NCBI GenBank assembly: GCA_963764165.1
Contig: CAVXRD010000001.1
Span: 192,001-256,000, forward strand
Length of the DNA stretch: 64,000 bases
Origin: an uncultured Verrucomicrobiae bacterium
GTDB lineage: Bacteria; Verrucomicrobiota; Verrucomicrobiia; Limisphaerales; Palsa-1400
Direction of reading: 5' to 3'
In this document: one piece after another, positions 53,113 to 64,000 of the stretch
Layout: each line of letters opens with the position of its first letter
Position numbering within the stretch: position 1 is the first letter of the stretch
Translations under genes and position numbers: made by a program
Notes under the pieces: generated by a model
The model's database searches: none
The model's input: the letters and a program-made list of their open reading frames with translations, nothing else
Told to the model about the DNA's origin: nothing

Positions 53113-53635
53113 TTAGACCCGCGTGGTCCCAAACCTGTTTGTGATCAGCAGCCACCTGAAAAAAACCCTCGGTACTGAAACCGATAAATGCGAGAAACAG
53201 GAGCACATCAAGCGCTCGCCGTATAAAAGCGGTCCAGACCCATACAAAGAGCGTTCTTGCTTGCCCGAAGGGCTTCGACCACGATGATTTTCTAAGTGAC
53301 TGAATTGCAGCTTGGTTGTCATCTATTTTCTTCTGTATAACCTTTATCTCGCTTTGAATTTGGTTTCTTCTGTCGACTCGATCCTGCCACCAGTAATGGT
53401 CCCAAATGTGCCACCGAGACGGTTCCGGCCCAGGATCGACCAACTGGGCCAGTTCGTTATCGATCTCCGCTTTTAGATTATCTAATTCATTTCGCAGTTT
53501 CGCGATCTGTTCAGGAATTTCACCGAAAGGGAAAATGGGCAAGGATCCTTCATCGAATAGCGCTCGAGCCATATGAACGGCCCCAAATATGCCCGCTAAC
53601 CCCAACAGAAACATGATCGTCGTTTGCAGTCTCAT
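53113..53635 (-). pseudogene. Membrane/coiled-coil hypothetical protein, probably frameshifted near 53180
   Basis: The hydrophobic C-terminus continues in another frame (..VPRVFFRWLL..) and stops right before the next gene. Confidence 0.5.
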
Positions 53636-53914
53636 TCAATAAATCCTCGCGCAAAGCATCTGGTAATAACCATTCAGAGACGCTCAGAATGGAAGCCCAG
53701 AAAACCGGGATGTTTTATTCGCCAAGAATGCGCTTGTCAAGCTGTTTACCGGACAGAGCAAGGCTACGGGCGCATCCTGACGTTGCCCCCGTTCGATGGG
53801 ACGAACCTTCGCCCCCGTTGCGTGGGACGGGGAATCAACAAGTGGCACGGGGGCAGTGTCGAGATGCGCCCCAAGGCCACGCATTTAATTTGCATCAATA
53901 GCAGCAAACAAACT

Positions 53915-54276
53915 TTATCGGCCTCTTTTCTTTTTGACGCGACAGACAGATTCTTCATGGGAAATCGCAGCTACCTTCCCCAAGTCCATCTCCCGCTCCC
54001 GCCGATCTAGTTCTTCATCTGAATCATCCGTCCATGGCGTCAGTTCACCGCGCTCTCGCGCCAATTTGAGTTCATTGTGAATGCGCTTTTCCGCTGCCCC
54101 CATTTCCTTTGGCGTCAGGCCATACTCTTGCAATGCGTAATCCGTCGAATCCACTTCCACAGGACGCAGCGCAACGATTTTGCCGTCTATCACAAAACCA
54201 ATGTCGTGGCCTGCGCTGCTTTGTTTAGCCAATAGCCGAGCCGAGCACGTCCCTCTGTTATCGTCAGCGTTTTCAC
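53915..54276 (-). pseudogene. Phd/YefM-like antitoxin, frameshifted
   Basis: VKTLTITEGRARLGYWLNKA and GHDIGFVIDGKIVALRP are in different frames. Confidence 0.45.
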
Positions 54277-54410
54277 ACGTTTATTTTTGCGCACGGGGTC
54301 AGCGTTGCAAGCGTGGAATCCGGTTAACAAAGGATGCGTTGGCAATAGTCGCGTGCCGATCCCCTTCAAGCGCTTGACATCGCATCTTCCCCGGCAGAAA
54401 GCTTTTTGGC

Positions 54411-55583
54411 ATGAGCAAAACACTGCGTGTCGGACTGATCGGCTACAAGTTCATGGGCAAGGCGCATTCGAATGCGTGGCGGCAGGTCAATCATTTTTTC
54501 CCGGAATTGCCCGCCAAAGTGGAATTGACGGCCATTTGCGGGCGCGATGCCGAGGCAGTTGAAAGTGCCCGCGCCACCTTCGGCTGGGCCCGCGCGGAAA
54601 CGGATTGGCGCAAGGTCGCCAGTGCGCCAGATATTGATATTGTTGACATCAGCACGGGCAACGACACCCATTGCGAGATGGCGCTGGCGGCGTTCAAGGC
54701 GGGCAAAGCCGTCATTTGCGAGAAGCCGCTGGCGCGCGATTTGGCCGAGGCGCGGCAGATGCTCGGGGCGGCGCGGAAATCCGGCTTGGTTCACATGGTC
54801 TGCCACAATTACCGGCGCATTCCCGCCCTGGCGCTGGCGCGGCAAATGATCGAGGCGGGCGAACTCGGCGAAAACCTCCGCCATTTTCACGCCCGCTACG
54901 CGCAGGATTGGCTGGTGAATCCGGAATTTCCCCTGACTTGGCGGTTGCAAAAAAATCTCGCGGGTTCGGGCGCTCATGGCGACATCATGGCGCACATTAT
55001 CGACCTCGGGCGTTATCTGGTCGGCGAAGTTTCGGAGGTGTGCGGAATGATGGAGACTTTCATCAAAGAACGTCCCCTGCTCGCCCCGGGGTCTGGCGCG
55101 CCCAAGGCAAATTCCACGGGCAAGAAAGGCAAAGTCACGGTCGATGACGCGGTAAGCTGGATTGGCCGCTTCGAGCGTGGGACGATGGCGACGCTGGAGG
55201 CAACGCGTTTTGCTTACGGGCGCAAAAACCATATCGCGATCGAGATCAACGGGGAAAAAGGCAGCCTCTATTTTGATCTCGAGGACATGAATCGGCTGAA
55301 ATTTTACAATGGCAACGCCGCCGCGGGCCGCAAGGGCTTCACGGATATCATCGTGACGGACCGCGAGACGCACCCGTTCATGAGCCATTGGTGGCCGCCC
55401 GGGCACATCATTGGCTACGAACACACGTTTGTGAACACGTTCGCGGACTTCATCGAGGCAGTCGTGTCAAATAAACCGACACATCCCAATTTTCTGGACG
55501 GCGCGCGCTGCATGGCGGTCATGGAAGCCGTCGCCGAATCAGCCGCCGGCCGCAAGTGGGTCAAAGTCCCGGCGGTGAAATAA
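54411..55583 (+). CDS. Gfo/Idh/MocA oxidoreductase
   Basis: VGLIGYKFMGKAH, CEKPLA and GSGAHGDI.AH. Confidence 0.95.
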   Translation: MSKTLRVGLIGYKFMGKAHSNAWRQVNHFFPELPAKVELTAICGRDAEAVESARATFGWARAETDWRKVASAPDIDIVDISTGNDTHCEMALAAFKAGKAVICEKPLARDLAEARQMLGAARKSGLVHMVCHNYRRIPALALARQMIEAGELGENLRHFHARYAQDWLVNPEFPLTWRLQKNLAGSGAHGDIMAHIIDLGRYLVGEVSEVCGMMETFIKERPLLAPGSGAPKANSTGKKGKVTVDDAVSWIGRFERGTMATLEATRFAYGRKNHIAIEINGEKGSLYFDLEDMNRLKFYNGNAAAGRKGFTDIIVTDRETHPFMSHWWPPGHIIGYEHTFVNTFADFIEAVVSNKPTHPNFLDGARCMAVMEAVAESAAGRKWVKVPAVK

Positions 55584-55715
55584 GGAAGGCGATCGGTAAT
55601 CTGGAACGACTGAACTCAGGAACGGAGGTCTGGGAAGGGAAGTGGAGCCTTGTCTATTGTTCCGCCCTGCTGGCTTGCCGAGCCGCAGCTCGGAGCGGCA
55701 GCGGAGAGCGAAGGC

Positions 55716-55791
<76 letters not shown>

Positions 55792-55886
55792 AGCCAAAAA
55801 GGATGGCCAATTTACGCACCCCGCACGCTTTGCGCAAGACAAATGAAACGATTTCTTCGGGCAAATCCCTCCGCCTCCCCCACCCT

Positions 55887-58082
55887 TCACTTTTTCTTCG
55901 GCAGCGCGAAGGCGACGAAGGCATCGCCGCGCGGCGTGCCGAGGTGCAATACTCCAGTCGCTGGGATTACGAGATACTGGCGACCGTGGATTTCATACGT
56001 CGCGGGCGGGGCACTGCCGGCGAAGGGAAGGGTCGCGGACCACAATTCCTTGCCGTCCGTTTTATCGAAGGCTCGGATTTTGTTGTCGCGTGTGCCGGAG
56101 CAGAAGACCAAGCCGCCGGCAGTCACAATGGCGCCGCCATAATTCTCCGTACCTGTCAACGGAATTCCCCTGGCGGTCAATTCGGGATACTCGCCGAGCG
56201 GAACTTTCCATTCCAATTTCCCCGTGTTGAGGTCGATGCAATTGAGCGTGCCCCACGGCGGCTTGTTGGCTGGGTAACCCTCCTGGTCGTAGAATCGCGG
56301 ATAACCGGCGAAACTGTATATGGGCCGCTCCGTCTTCGGAGTCTCGGCGGGAGTCGAACGGTCGCGCAACATAAGATAATCGAGCAGCGCCTTCAACTCC
56401 GTTTCTGTGATCGCGGCATTGGCGGGCATCGCATTCTTCCCGCCACGAACCTGTTTCACGATGGCGTCATCGTTCATGCGATGGCGCAATCCGCGCAGCG
56501 GCGGTGAAATGCCAACGCCCATGCGTTCGCCGCCGTGGCATTGCATGCAGTTTTTTTCGTAGACCATCCTGCCGGATGTCTTGGGTCCCGTCGTATCCTC
56601 CGGCGGATCGTCGTCGCGGAACATGGTGATAGCCCAGCCGATGTGATTCGCTGTCACATAAAGGCGGCCTGTGTCGTAATCAATGCAGGCGCCGGTCCAT
56701 TCCGCGCCGCCGTCTACGTTGAACAGCAGCGTCGGAATGCCGTCGGAGCAAGGGCGAAAACGGCCCGTCCGCATTCCCTTGAACCGGCTCCGCGCGAAAT
56801 CCGCCGCGTCCTCCGTGCGATCGGTCAAATCAGCCTGCGTGAATTCCAGTTTCGCAAACGGCTCGGGCAATTCCACATCCGGCTGATAGGGCCACGTGAC
56901 TTCACCGGGAACATCGCTCGTCGGGACGCGGCTGAGGCGGAACGGATAAATCGGCTTTCCGGTCACGCGATCCAGCAAAAGCGTGTTCCCCATTTTGCTG
57001 ACCGCCGTGACGACGTCGATTTTTTTGCCGTTGCGCGTGATGGTGGTGAGATTCGGCGGCGCGGAAATATCGAGATCCCAAATATCGTGCCGAATTTCTT
57101 GAAAATGCCAAAGCCGTTTGCCGGAAGTGGCGTCAATCGCAATCACGCAATTGGCGAACAAATTCAATCCCCGGTGCCGCATGCCGATGTAATTTGGCTT
57201 TGGCCCCGCAGTCGTGATGTAGGCGATGCCGCGGCTGTCATCAAGCGCCATGCCGGCCCACGCGTTGGCCGCGTAATCCTCCGTTTTGTCCCAGGTGTCG
57301 TAGCCGAATTCGCCTTCGTGCGGGACGGTGTGGAACGTCCAAATCTGCGCCCCTGTCGCTGCGTCAAACGCCCACACGTCCTTCATGTAACCTGGCGCCA
57401 CGAGTATATTTTTGAAAACGACCGGCGCGACGCTGCTGGCTCCATAACCGGGACGATCAACTCCGGGCAATGTGAGCTTCCCGTGTTCGCCAAAACCTTC
57501 GATGGCTTTCCCTGTCTTGGGATTAATCGCATACATCGATGGACCCGAGGAAAAGAAAATTCGCTCCGAGACTTCTTTGGCACCCGCCCAATAGGTTAAT
57601 CCACGAAATGCAGGCCGCCCGTCGGGCTTGAACCGCCACACCTCCGCGCCGTTGACGGCATCGACTCCGACGACATCATTTCCTGGTGTCGGCGTGATCA
57701 TCAGGTCATGCACGATGATGGGGTTGCACTCGAGCGCCACTCCGGAATCGTGCGAATGGTAGGTCCAGGCCGGCGCCAGTTTTGCGACGTTCTTGCGGTT
57801 GATTTGGGTGAGGGGGGAAAAGCGCGTTCCGGCGTCGCTTCCATGCGAGCGCTCCCACGTCGCGAGACTTTTGCGCTTGGGCCAGCCGTCGGCGCGAGTC
57901 AATTCGTCCGGCGGCGCGGCGGGAATAGTCTGGTAAAGCGGAAGTTTTTCGCGGGCGGCGCGATCTTCCACAGCCCAATAATCATTCGTATTGACTTGAG
58001 CGCGGAGGGGAATCGCCGCCGCCACAAGCGCGGCCAGCCATGGGAATCTGCCAGGAAAATTCGTGGGCTTCATTCGACGCAA
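55887..58082 (-). CDS. PQQ-dependent dehydrogenase with an inserted cytochrome c domain
   Basis: RFSPLTQIN..NV.KL..AW, WHFQ..HDIWDLD, GGAEW and PPWGTL motifs; haem motif CMQCH. Confidence 0.93.
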   Translation of the reverse strand: MRRMKPTNFPGRFPWLAALVAAAIPLRAQVNTNDYWAVEDRAAREKLPLYQTIPAAPPDELTRADGWPKRKSLATWERSHGSDAGTRFSPLTQINRKNVAKLAPAWTYHSHDSGVALECNPIIVHDLMITPTPGNDVVGVDAVNGAEVWRFKPDGRPAFRGLTYWAGAKEVSERIFFSSGPSMYAINPKTGKAIEGFGEHGKLTLPGVDRPGYGASSVAPVVFKNILVAPGYMKDVWAFDAATGAQIWTFHTVPHEGEFGYDTWDKTEDYAANAWAGMALDDSRGIAYITTAGPKPNYIGMRHRGLNLFANCVIAIDATSGKRLWHFQEIRHDIWDLDISAPPNLTTITRNGKKIDVVTAVSKMGNTLLLDRVTGKPIYPFRLSRVPTSDVPGEVTWPYQPDVELPEPFAKLEFTQADLTDRTEDAADFARSRFKGMRTGRFRPCSDGIPTLLFNVDGGAEWTGACIDYDTGRLYVTANHIGWAITMFRDDDPPEDTTGPKTSGRMVYEKNCMQCHGGERMGVGISPPLRGLRHRMNDDAIVKQVRGGKNAMPANAAITETELKALLDYLMLRDRSTPAETPKTERPIYSFAGYPRFYDQEGYPANKPPWGTLNCIDLNTGKLEWKVPLGEYPELTARGIPLTGTENYGGAIVTAGGLVFCSGTRDNKIRAFDKTDGKELWSATLPFAGSAPPATYEIHGRQYLVIPATGVLHLGTPRGDAFVAFALPKKK

Positions 58083-58308
58083 AACATTGCCGCCCGCACG
58101 CGGAAAAGCGAGCCTCTTCTAACAGCAGCTACGGAACGGAAAACGGCCACAGATGGACACAGATCAACACAGATTTCTGACAAGACATTTGTTTGACAAG
58201 CTGAGTTCCATTCCTGCGTTATTGGCCCATCTCCCGCCGTAATCGCCCATGAAGTCTTATCTGCTTTAATCTGCGGCTAATTCAATGGGGTGAATGGAGC
58301 CTCAACCC

Positions 58309-58334
58309 GGACGCCTCGGCGAGGCGTCCCTACC
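58309..58334 (-). repeat. GTAG-type REP-like palindrome downstream of rpoN
   Basis: GGTAGGGACGCCTCGCCGAGGCGTCC hairpin. Confidence 0.55.
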
Positions 58335-58342
58335 TTGGGACA

Positions 58343-59854
58343 TCAGTAAACTTTGCGCAGGTTCGAGGGAAGAATGTTCAACTCGTCGCGGTACTTGGCG
58401 ACGGTGCGGCGGGCGATGACGATTCCTTTTTCCTTGAGCATCTTGACTATTTCCTGGTCGGAAAGAGGTTTGCTCGAATTCTCGTTTTTGAACATGTCCG
58501 CCACCATGTCTTTGACACTTGTGTTGGAAATGCCGCCGCCGCTGTCGGTCTGAATGCCGGAGGTGAAAAAGTATTTCATCTCAAAAACCCCCTGCGGGGT
58601 TTGGATGTATTTGTTGGAGACGGCGCGGCTGACAGTTGTCTCATGCACGCCGACCACTTCCGCCACTTGCACCATCGTCATCGGCCGCAGAAAGGCGACG
58701 CCCTTGTCCATGAACTCGCGCTGCCGTTTCACAATCTCGTTGCCGATGTTCAGGATCGTTTGCTGGCGCTGCTGCAAGCTCTTGATCAAAAATTTTCCCG
58801 CCCGAATTTTGTCGCGGATATAATCGCGCACTTCGGCGTTGCTGCCGGATTGCGACATCATGTCCTTGTAGGCGTTGCTGATGCGCAGATGGGGGATTTG
58901 CTCGTTGTTGGTCGTGACGATGTAATCATCGCCCACCTTCTGCACAAAGACTTCCGGCGAAATATAGCGGTCGTTGTCCGGCAGAAATTCGCGGCCGGGG
59001 CGCGGCTCCAAATGCTTGATGCGCTGAAGCGCGGATTGCGCCTGTTCCACTGATATTCCAAGTCCTCGGGCAATCTCGGGCAATTTCCGCTTGAGCAACG
59101 CGTCCATGCAATCGCGAATGATCCGGTACTCGATGGATTTCTCGCGGCCCGCGCGCTGCAATTGGAGAAGCAAGCATTCCTGCAAATCACGCGCCGCCAC
59201 GCCGGGCGGATGAAATTCCTGGATGACCTTAAGCACGTCAACAATCTTTTCCGAGGCGATGTTGGTCGTGTAGGCCAATTCGTCGATGCTGGCCTTGAGA
59301 TAGCCGCGCTCGTCAATGTTGCCGATGATCATTTCGGCAATGGGCCTTTGGTCATCCCGCAAATCGGAGAAACGCATCTGCTCCAGAAGGCTTTCCTGAA
59401 GCGAAGTGCCCGCCACCAGCGAATCAAACATGAATTGTCGGCGCTCCTCCGCTTCCTGTCCATGGCGCGAGGGCAAATTTGTTTGGGCCAGGTGATCCTT
59501 CCATTCCTCGAACTGGACGAGCTTGTCGAACTCGGCCTGAAAATCGTCAACCGGCGCGTTGGTCGGCTTTTCGGTCGCTGGGTCAAATTTCACATCGGCG
59601 GGCGGCTCGGCCAAATCGGCGGCGAACGCCTCGCCATCGCTCTCGCCATCGGTCTTGACCCGTTCGCTCTGCTCGACTTCCGCCGCCGGAACTTCCTCCA
59701 AAATGGGATTCTGAATCAACTCCTGTTCGACGAGGGCTTTCAGTTCAAGGGTAGGCGCTTGCAACAGCGCTAGCGACTGCTGTAATTGCGGCGCCAGAAC
59801 CTGCGACAGCGACATCCTTTGCGATAAATGCAAGCCCTGTGACATCAAGGCCAT
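58343..59854 (-). CDS. rpoN: RNA polymerase sigma-54 factor
   Basis: PQLQQSLALLQ, HETTVSRA and RpoN box ARRTVAKYR; start at 59854 or 59845. Confidence 0.98.
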   Translation of the reverse strand: MALMSQGLHLSQRMSLSQVLAPQLQQSLALLQAPTLELKALVEQELIQNPILEEVPAAEVEQSERVKTDGESDGEAFAADLAEPPADVKFDPATEKPTNAPVDDFQAEFDKLVQFEEWKDHLAQTNLPSRHGQEAEERRQFMFDSLVAGTSLQESLLEQMRFSDLRDDQRPIAEMIIGNIDERGYLKASIDELAYTTNIASEKIVDVLKVIQEFHPPGVAARDLQECLLLQLQRAGREKSIEYRIIRDCMDALLKRKLPEIARGLGISVEQAQSALQRIKHLEPRPGREFLPDNDRYISPEVFVQKVGDDYIVTTNNEQIPHLRISNAYKDMMSQSGSNAEVRDYIRDKIRAGKFLIKSLQQRQQTILNIGNEIVKRQREFMDKGVAFLRPMTMVQVAEVVGVHETTVSRAVSNKYIQTPQGVFEMKYFFTSGIQTDSGGGISNTSVKDMVADMFKNENSSKPLSDQEIVKMLKEKGIVIARRTVAKYRDELNILPSNLRKVY

Positions 59855-59972
59855 ATTACCCTTTTTTCGCGCAGGCTCAAGCACAGATGTCGTTTTTCCC
59901 CAAAAAGGACGGCGGACAAAAATTCTTCGCCGGCCGGAAGGGCGAAGACTGTCTTTGCGTTTGGCATTGCTT

Positions 59973-60202
59973 AGCCGGGACGACGCAGTCGGATTTGGGA
60001 GCGCTATCGTCCCGGTCGCTCTGGCCGGCCCACGCGAAAGCGTCTTCCCAATAATTTGTTCAGATCTCTCGCCGGACAGTTCAGCAGATCTTTTGCGGTC
60101 ACCGTTTGGTGAAATGCCTTTGCGCGAAGAGTTTTCGGCGGGACGCCGAAAACAGCGGTCGATACGACCGCGCTCCCCAAATCCAACTGCATCGTTCCGG
60201 CT
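59973..60202. repeat. MITE-like palindromic element upstream of rpoN
   Basis: Imperfect ~32-bp terminal IRs: AGCCGGGACGACGCAGTCGGATTTGGGAGCGC versus GCGCTCCCCAAATCCAACTGCATCGTTCCGGCT. Confidence 0.65.
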
Positions 60203-60818
60203 TACGCATGCTGCCTTGAACTCACCCGCGCTTCCAAATACCTGAGTGAAGCATTGAAATACATATAGTCTCCGAAAATCGGTAACATCGGCTGCATCGT
60301 TGATTCCCGGAGAGGTTAGATTGGTTCGATTTCGACGAATATGATATAATCTCCAAAAAGGGGCAACATCCGCTACACTGTTGATTATAAGACATTTAAG
60401 GGGCAACACTTGCCGCTACAGAGCCGCTACAGACCCGCTACATTTCTTCCGAGATGGCAAAGCGCAAATAGTGAGGACACGCGCCTTGTGGCGAAAACCA
60501 AGGGTGCAATAGGGTGCAATAGCGAGCAATGCCCCAATCACGATTTATTTAGTCGCCCTTCCCGCCCGCTCGTTAAAAAACAACCGCTCCCTGGCGTCGG
60601 AATCCGCAAACTGTCAAAGAACACGCCCTGACGGCGGCAGGTGGGAACATAAGGCCGAAAAGTCCCCTTTGTCAATTAAGACAGGAATTGCACGCTTCTG
60701 TGGTATTCACTTCGGGATCTGCGGGCGGGCTTTCAGGGCAAGCATCGCGTTCCACCGAAAAGGGCGAGGAACGGGGCGGCTGGACACATTTGAGCAAAAT
60801 GTGTTTACTTGAATCCCA

Positions 60819-62074
60819 TGGCTTGGGTTAAGCGAAAAGGAAGTCATGTTTCTGCCGTTGCGTTTTTGGTTTTGGGACTGTCAAGCGCGCTGCTCATCCA
60901 AGCCGTTCGCACGCCGGCAAGCCGCAGGCAGGTTCTCGCCGATGGCTCGGTGCTGACATTGAATCAGGTCAAGGTTGGCTCAAATGTTTCCTTCGCGCAT
61001 GGAAAACCGATCGAAAAGCTTCTCGGCAATATCATCCCCTCAAATGGCGTTCATGTGCTCAATTTGGACTTGAAACGCCCAACGCGCGAAGCGTTTGGCT
61101 ATTCGGAAAAGAGTTGGTTGGTCGCTGAATTTAATCTTGCCGGACCGAACGCCACAAATCATCCATTGATGAAACCGCTGTTCTTTCGGCAATTTCGAGT
61201 GGTCATTTAGAACGGATTCGAGTTTGCGCAGGAATGGCGGAGCGACAAATTCGGGCCTTACAGAGACGGCGACTTTGGCTATATTCTCACCTCACGATTT
61301 CCTCGCGACTCCCGGTGGCTTGGACTTCGGGTGGAAAAACGCCAAAGCAATGATAAAGGCGGCCCCTGGGAAGTCATTGCCAACCTGAAAATCACCAATC
61401 CGGTCCAGCCCGTCATTCAACCCTGGGTGGCCGATCCGCGAGCGACGATCATATCCATTTGCAGTCTGGATTTGTCGTTGGGCAACGCCGTTGTAAGCAC
61501 GTTTCCCTATAAATCGAATGACATCTGGAACCATCACGTTGATTTGCAAACCGAGGTCAAATCGAGTGGAATCTTGCTCACCAACTGGGAGGCGAGATTC
61601 ACGCAAGCCGAAGATGCCAGTGGCAATTGGGACCGTTTTGCCAGTCATCGAAGCCTCGATCCACACTACGTCTGGAAACTGGAATCGGATTTTGAGATGC
61701 AGTCCGACTTTCCACCGGGAAGCGTCGCGACCGTTTCATTGCCGGCATCAGGCAACACAGCCGTCACGACAAATCTGATGAACCTGCCGATAACCGTTTC
61801 CTGGGACGGAAATTGGATCAATGCCAGCATGCCAACCAACCATCCGGAATTGGCGTTGCGGTGTGTCGCCATCACCAACGACAGCGGCGAAACGGCGAGG
61901 GATGGAAGCGCCAGTTGGAGTCAATATCATTTTCGCAAAGGTGATTTCATGGTCCAAAGAAGCAACGTGCTCTTTACGGGTTTCAAACCCACGAAGGTCG
62001 TCGTTGCGGTGGTTTCAAATTTTCATGCTTCATTCTACACGCAGCCAAAGATTGAGGCCCACCAGAGTGAGTGA
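60819..62074 (+). pseudogene. Membrane-anchored hypothetical protein with one in-frame TAG at 61208
   Basis: ORFs 60809..61210 and 61331..62074 are in the same frame, and the gap between them is open. Confidence 0.65.
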
Positions 62075-62189
62075 TGGTTTTTAGCGGGCGGATTGCGAAC
62101 TTCCGGACAGACATTTTGTGCCAAAAAAACAGAACCAGAGAACACGGAAAAATCAGAATACGCTGGATATTCCGCCCTAGGATATATAA

Positions 62190-64000
62190 ATGTCTGGCGT
62201 GGAAGCTGCCCGCAATGTTAACGAACGGATTTCAGTTGCGAAATCTCGTCTTTGCAAGGGGCCGGCGCCAGATTGGGTGGCGCCATTAAGTTACGATCCT
62301 CAATTCAAGGTCAGAACCGACAAACAACAGACGCATTTGCTTTTCGAGGATCACCGGCACGCCGAGCGGCAAGAATTTTACGTCCATCAGGTCTACCGGC
62401 TCGAAAACATGGAAGCGGTTCACCAAAATTCCCAGTGGAGGGTTAATTTCGAACCCCGAATTCAATCCGTTACCCTTCACCACATCGTCCTCCGCCGCGG
62501 CGATGTGGAAATGGATCATTTGAATTTGGACCACGGGCAATTTCTTCAGCGCGAGGGCGAACTGGATCGTTTGATTATAAGTGGCTGGATCACTTTTCTG
62601 ATAATTCTTGAGGACGTTCGCGCCGGAGACGTTCTTGATTTTGCCTACACGATAGAATCAAAGCCCGAAGTCATGCCAGAGGCCGCGTCCGGCACGTTTC
62701 AACTGCCTGAACGGATTTCGATCGGAAAATACGTTTGCTCGATCCGGTTTAACTCCACCCGGTCGATGCAGTGGAAATCATCATTCGATCATAAAGAACC
62801 CATCATTTCCGCGGGCGGCGAATTTACAACATGGACGTGGCGCGGAGAAAATTATAAGGGCCCCGAACGCGAGCCTCACACGCCGGATTGGCACACCGAC
62901 GCCCCTTCCGCCCAATACTCCGATTGTCCGGATTGGGGCACTGTCGCAAGAGCCATTGCCAACGCATGGGAACCACAAATCACCAATGTCCCGTTGGGAG
63001 AACTTGCGAGTGAAGTTGAGAAGCACTCGAAAGAACTCGCGGCTCGCATTGATAAATCCATTGAGCTGATTCAGGACACGTTCCGTTATCTGAGCGTCAA
63101 TTTGACATTCGGCGGGCAGATTCCTTCCCCACCCAATGCGGTCGCTCGGAGGCGATACGGTGATTGCAAGGATTTGTCATTCCTTCTGGTCAATCTGCTC
63201 CGACAAATTGGCGTGCAAGCCCGGCCGCTGTTGGTTCACTCGCGGCTGAGAAAATCTCTGGCCGGAACGCTGCCGTCTAACCTGTTGTTCAACCATGTCA
63301 TCGTCGAGTTCGAAGCCGAGGACAAACGACGCTGGATTGACCTGACCTTTCGTCGTCAGGGAGGCGGCGCGTATAATCGTTTTATTCCCAACTACGGTGT
63401 CGGCCTGCCCATTGATTCTTCCGCAACCGGCCTGGTAGAATCGCCTATTATTCCGGGGCAATCGAATGTTCGCGATCATCACGACACGGTCCTCGTGGAT
63501 ACGACGGGAGCGACTTCATTGGTCTCGATAGTCATTCGCGCGGAGGGTTTTCAGGCGGATATCATCCGCAACACGCTGGCGGCTCAGGGACTGGAGGAGC
63601 TTTCGCGCCAGCATTTGAAGAACTGCGCGAATCGCTTCCCAACAGTATGCAGGATTGGTGACTTAAAATATGATGACGACCGCGCCGCCAATAAATTCTA
63701 TATCGCGGAGGTTTTTGAGATCGATAACTTCATGATCAACCACTCCGACGGGTCGAAATTGCAATTTAACATTCCGAATCACTGGATTCAACAGGCGCTA
63801 TTGCTCCCGGAAAACAAAACGCGCAAAAGCCCGTTCGCTCTGCCCTTTCCATATCATTTGGTTCATAGTATTGACGTTCGCGCAGACTCGCTGCGCGCAA
63901 GCACCGGGCAAAATAGCGACCCTGTTTTCACGCTGTCATCCGAGCAGGTTTATTTTCGCCGCACCAAGAAAGCGGGCAATGGCTTTTGGGTGCTGGAAAT
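62190..64000 (+). CDS. DUF3857 + transglutaminase-like protein, running off the window
   Basis: Hand translation gives GPAPDWV, EDVRAGDVLDFAYT, RRYGDCKD and FNHVI. Absent from the ORF track, consistent with no stop inside the window. Confidence 0.88.
   Translation, partial: MSGVEAARNVNERISVAKSRLCKGPAPDWVAPLSYDPQFKVRTDKQQTHLLFEDHRHAERQEFYVHQVYRLENMEAVHQNSQWRVNFEPRIQSVTLHHIVLRRGDVEMDHLNLDHGQFLQREGELDRLIISGWITFLIILEDVRAGDVLDFAYTIESKPEVMPEAASGTFQLPERISIGKYVCSIRFNSTRSMQWKSSFDHKEPIISAGGEFTTWTWRGENYKGPEREPHTPDWHTDAPSAQYSDCPDWGTVARAIANAWEPQITNVPLGELASEVEKHSKELAARIDKSIELIQDTFRYLSVNLTFGGQIPSPPNAVARRRYGDCKDLSFLLVNLLRQIGVQARPLLVHSRLRKSLAGTLPSNLLFNHVIVEFEAEDKRRWIDLTFRRQGGGAYNRFIPNYGVGLPIDSSATGLVESPIIPGQSNVRDHHDTVLVDTTGATSLVSIVIRAEGFQADIIRNTLAAQGLEELSRQHLKNCANRFPTVCRIGDLKYDDDRAANKFYIAEVFEIDNFMINHSDGSKLQFNIPNHWIQQALLLPENKTRKSPFALPFPYHLVHSIDVRADSLRASTGQNSDPVFTLSSEQVYFRRTKKAGNGFWVLE

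Noticed and set aside
59855..60409. 185-aa N-terminal extension of RpoN
   Set aside because: Reads through a palindromic repeat element; RpoN similarity begins at M(ALM)SQGL.

Overview
This is a GC-rich bacterial window, probably Verrucomicrobiota. That taxonomy is an inference from the C-terminal FYR motif on the secreted delta-60 protein and from the repeat types. About 1-50 kb is accessory DNA ending at the 3' end of tRNA-Gly. About 50-64 kb is mostly housekeeping: lpxD, two Gfo/Idh/MocA oxidoreductases, tRNA-Ala, a PQQ/cytochrome c dehydrogenase, rpoN and a DUF3857-transglutaminase. The main feature (about 2.3-24.4 kb) is a tandem array of 7.6-9.4 kb integrative units that appear to insert into the conserved core of an rhs gene. 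Each unit carries a tyrosine recombinase, a CHC2/TOPRIM/P-loop primase, an XRE regulator, a variable HUH rolling-circle Rep-like gene, a conserved structured non-coding block, and a different toxin tip with a putative immunity gene. Each unit also supplies a Sec-type signal peptide fused in frame to the displaced toxin tip. Also present: the trailer end of a type I-G-like CRISPR array, a damaged IS110, an IS630, an AbiE type IV TA pair, a MobF mobilisation region split by a sigma54 two-component/TonB cassette, an ORF-less group II intron and two MITE-like elements. All calls were made by eye from motifs; no database searches were run. Several frameshifts and abrupt gene fusions could be assembly artefacts.
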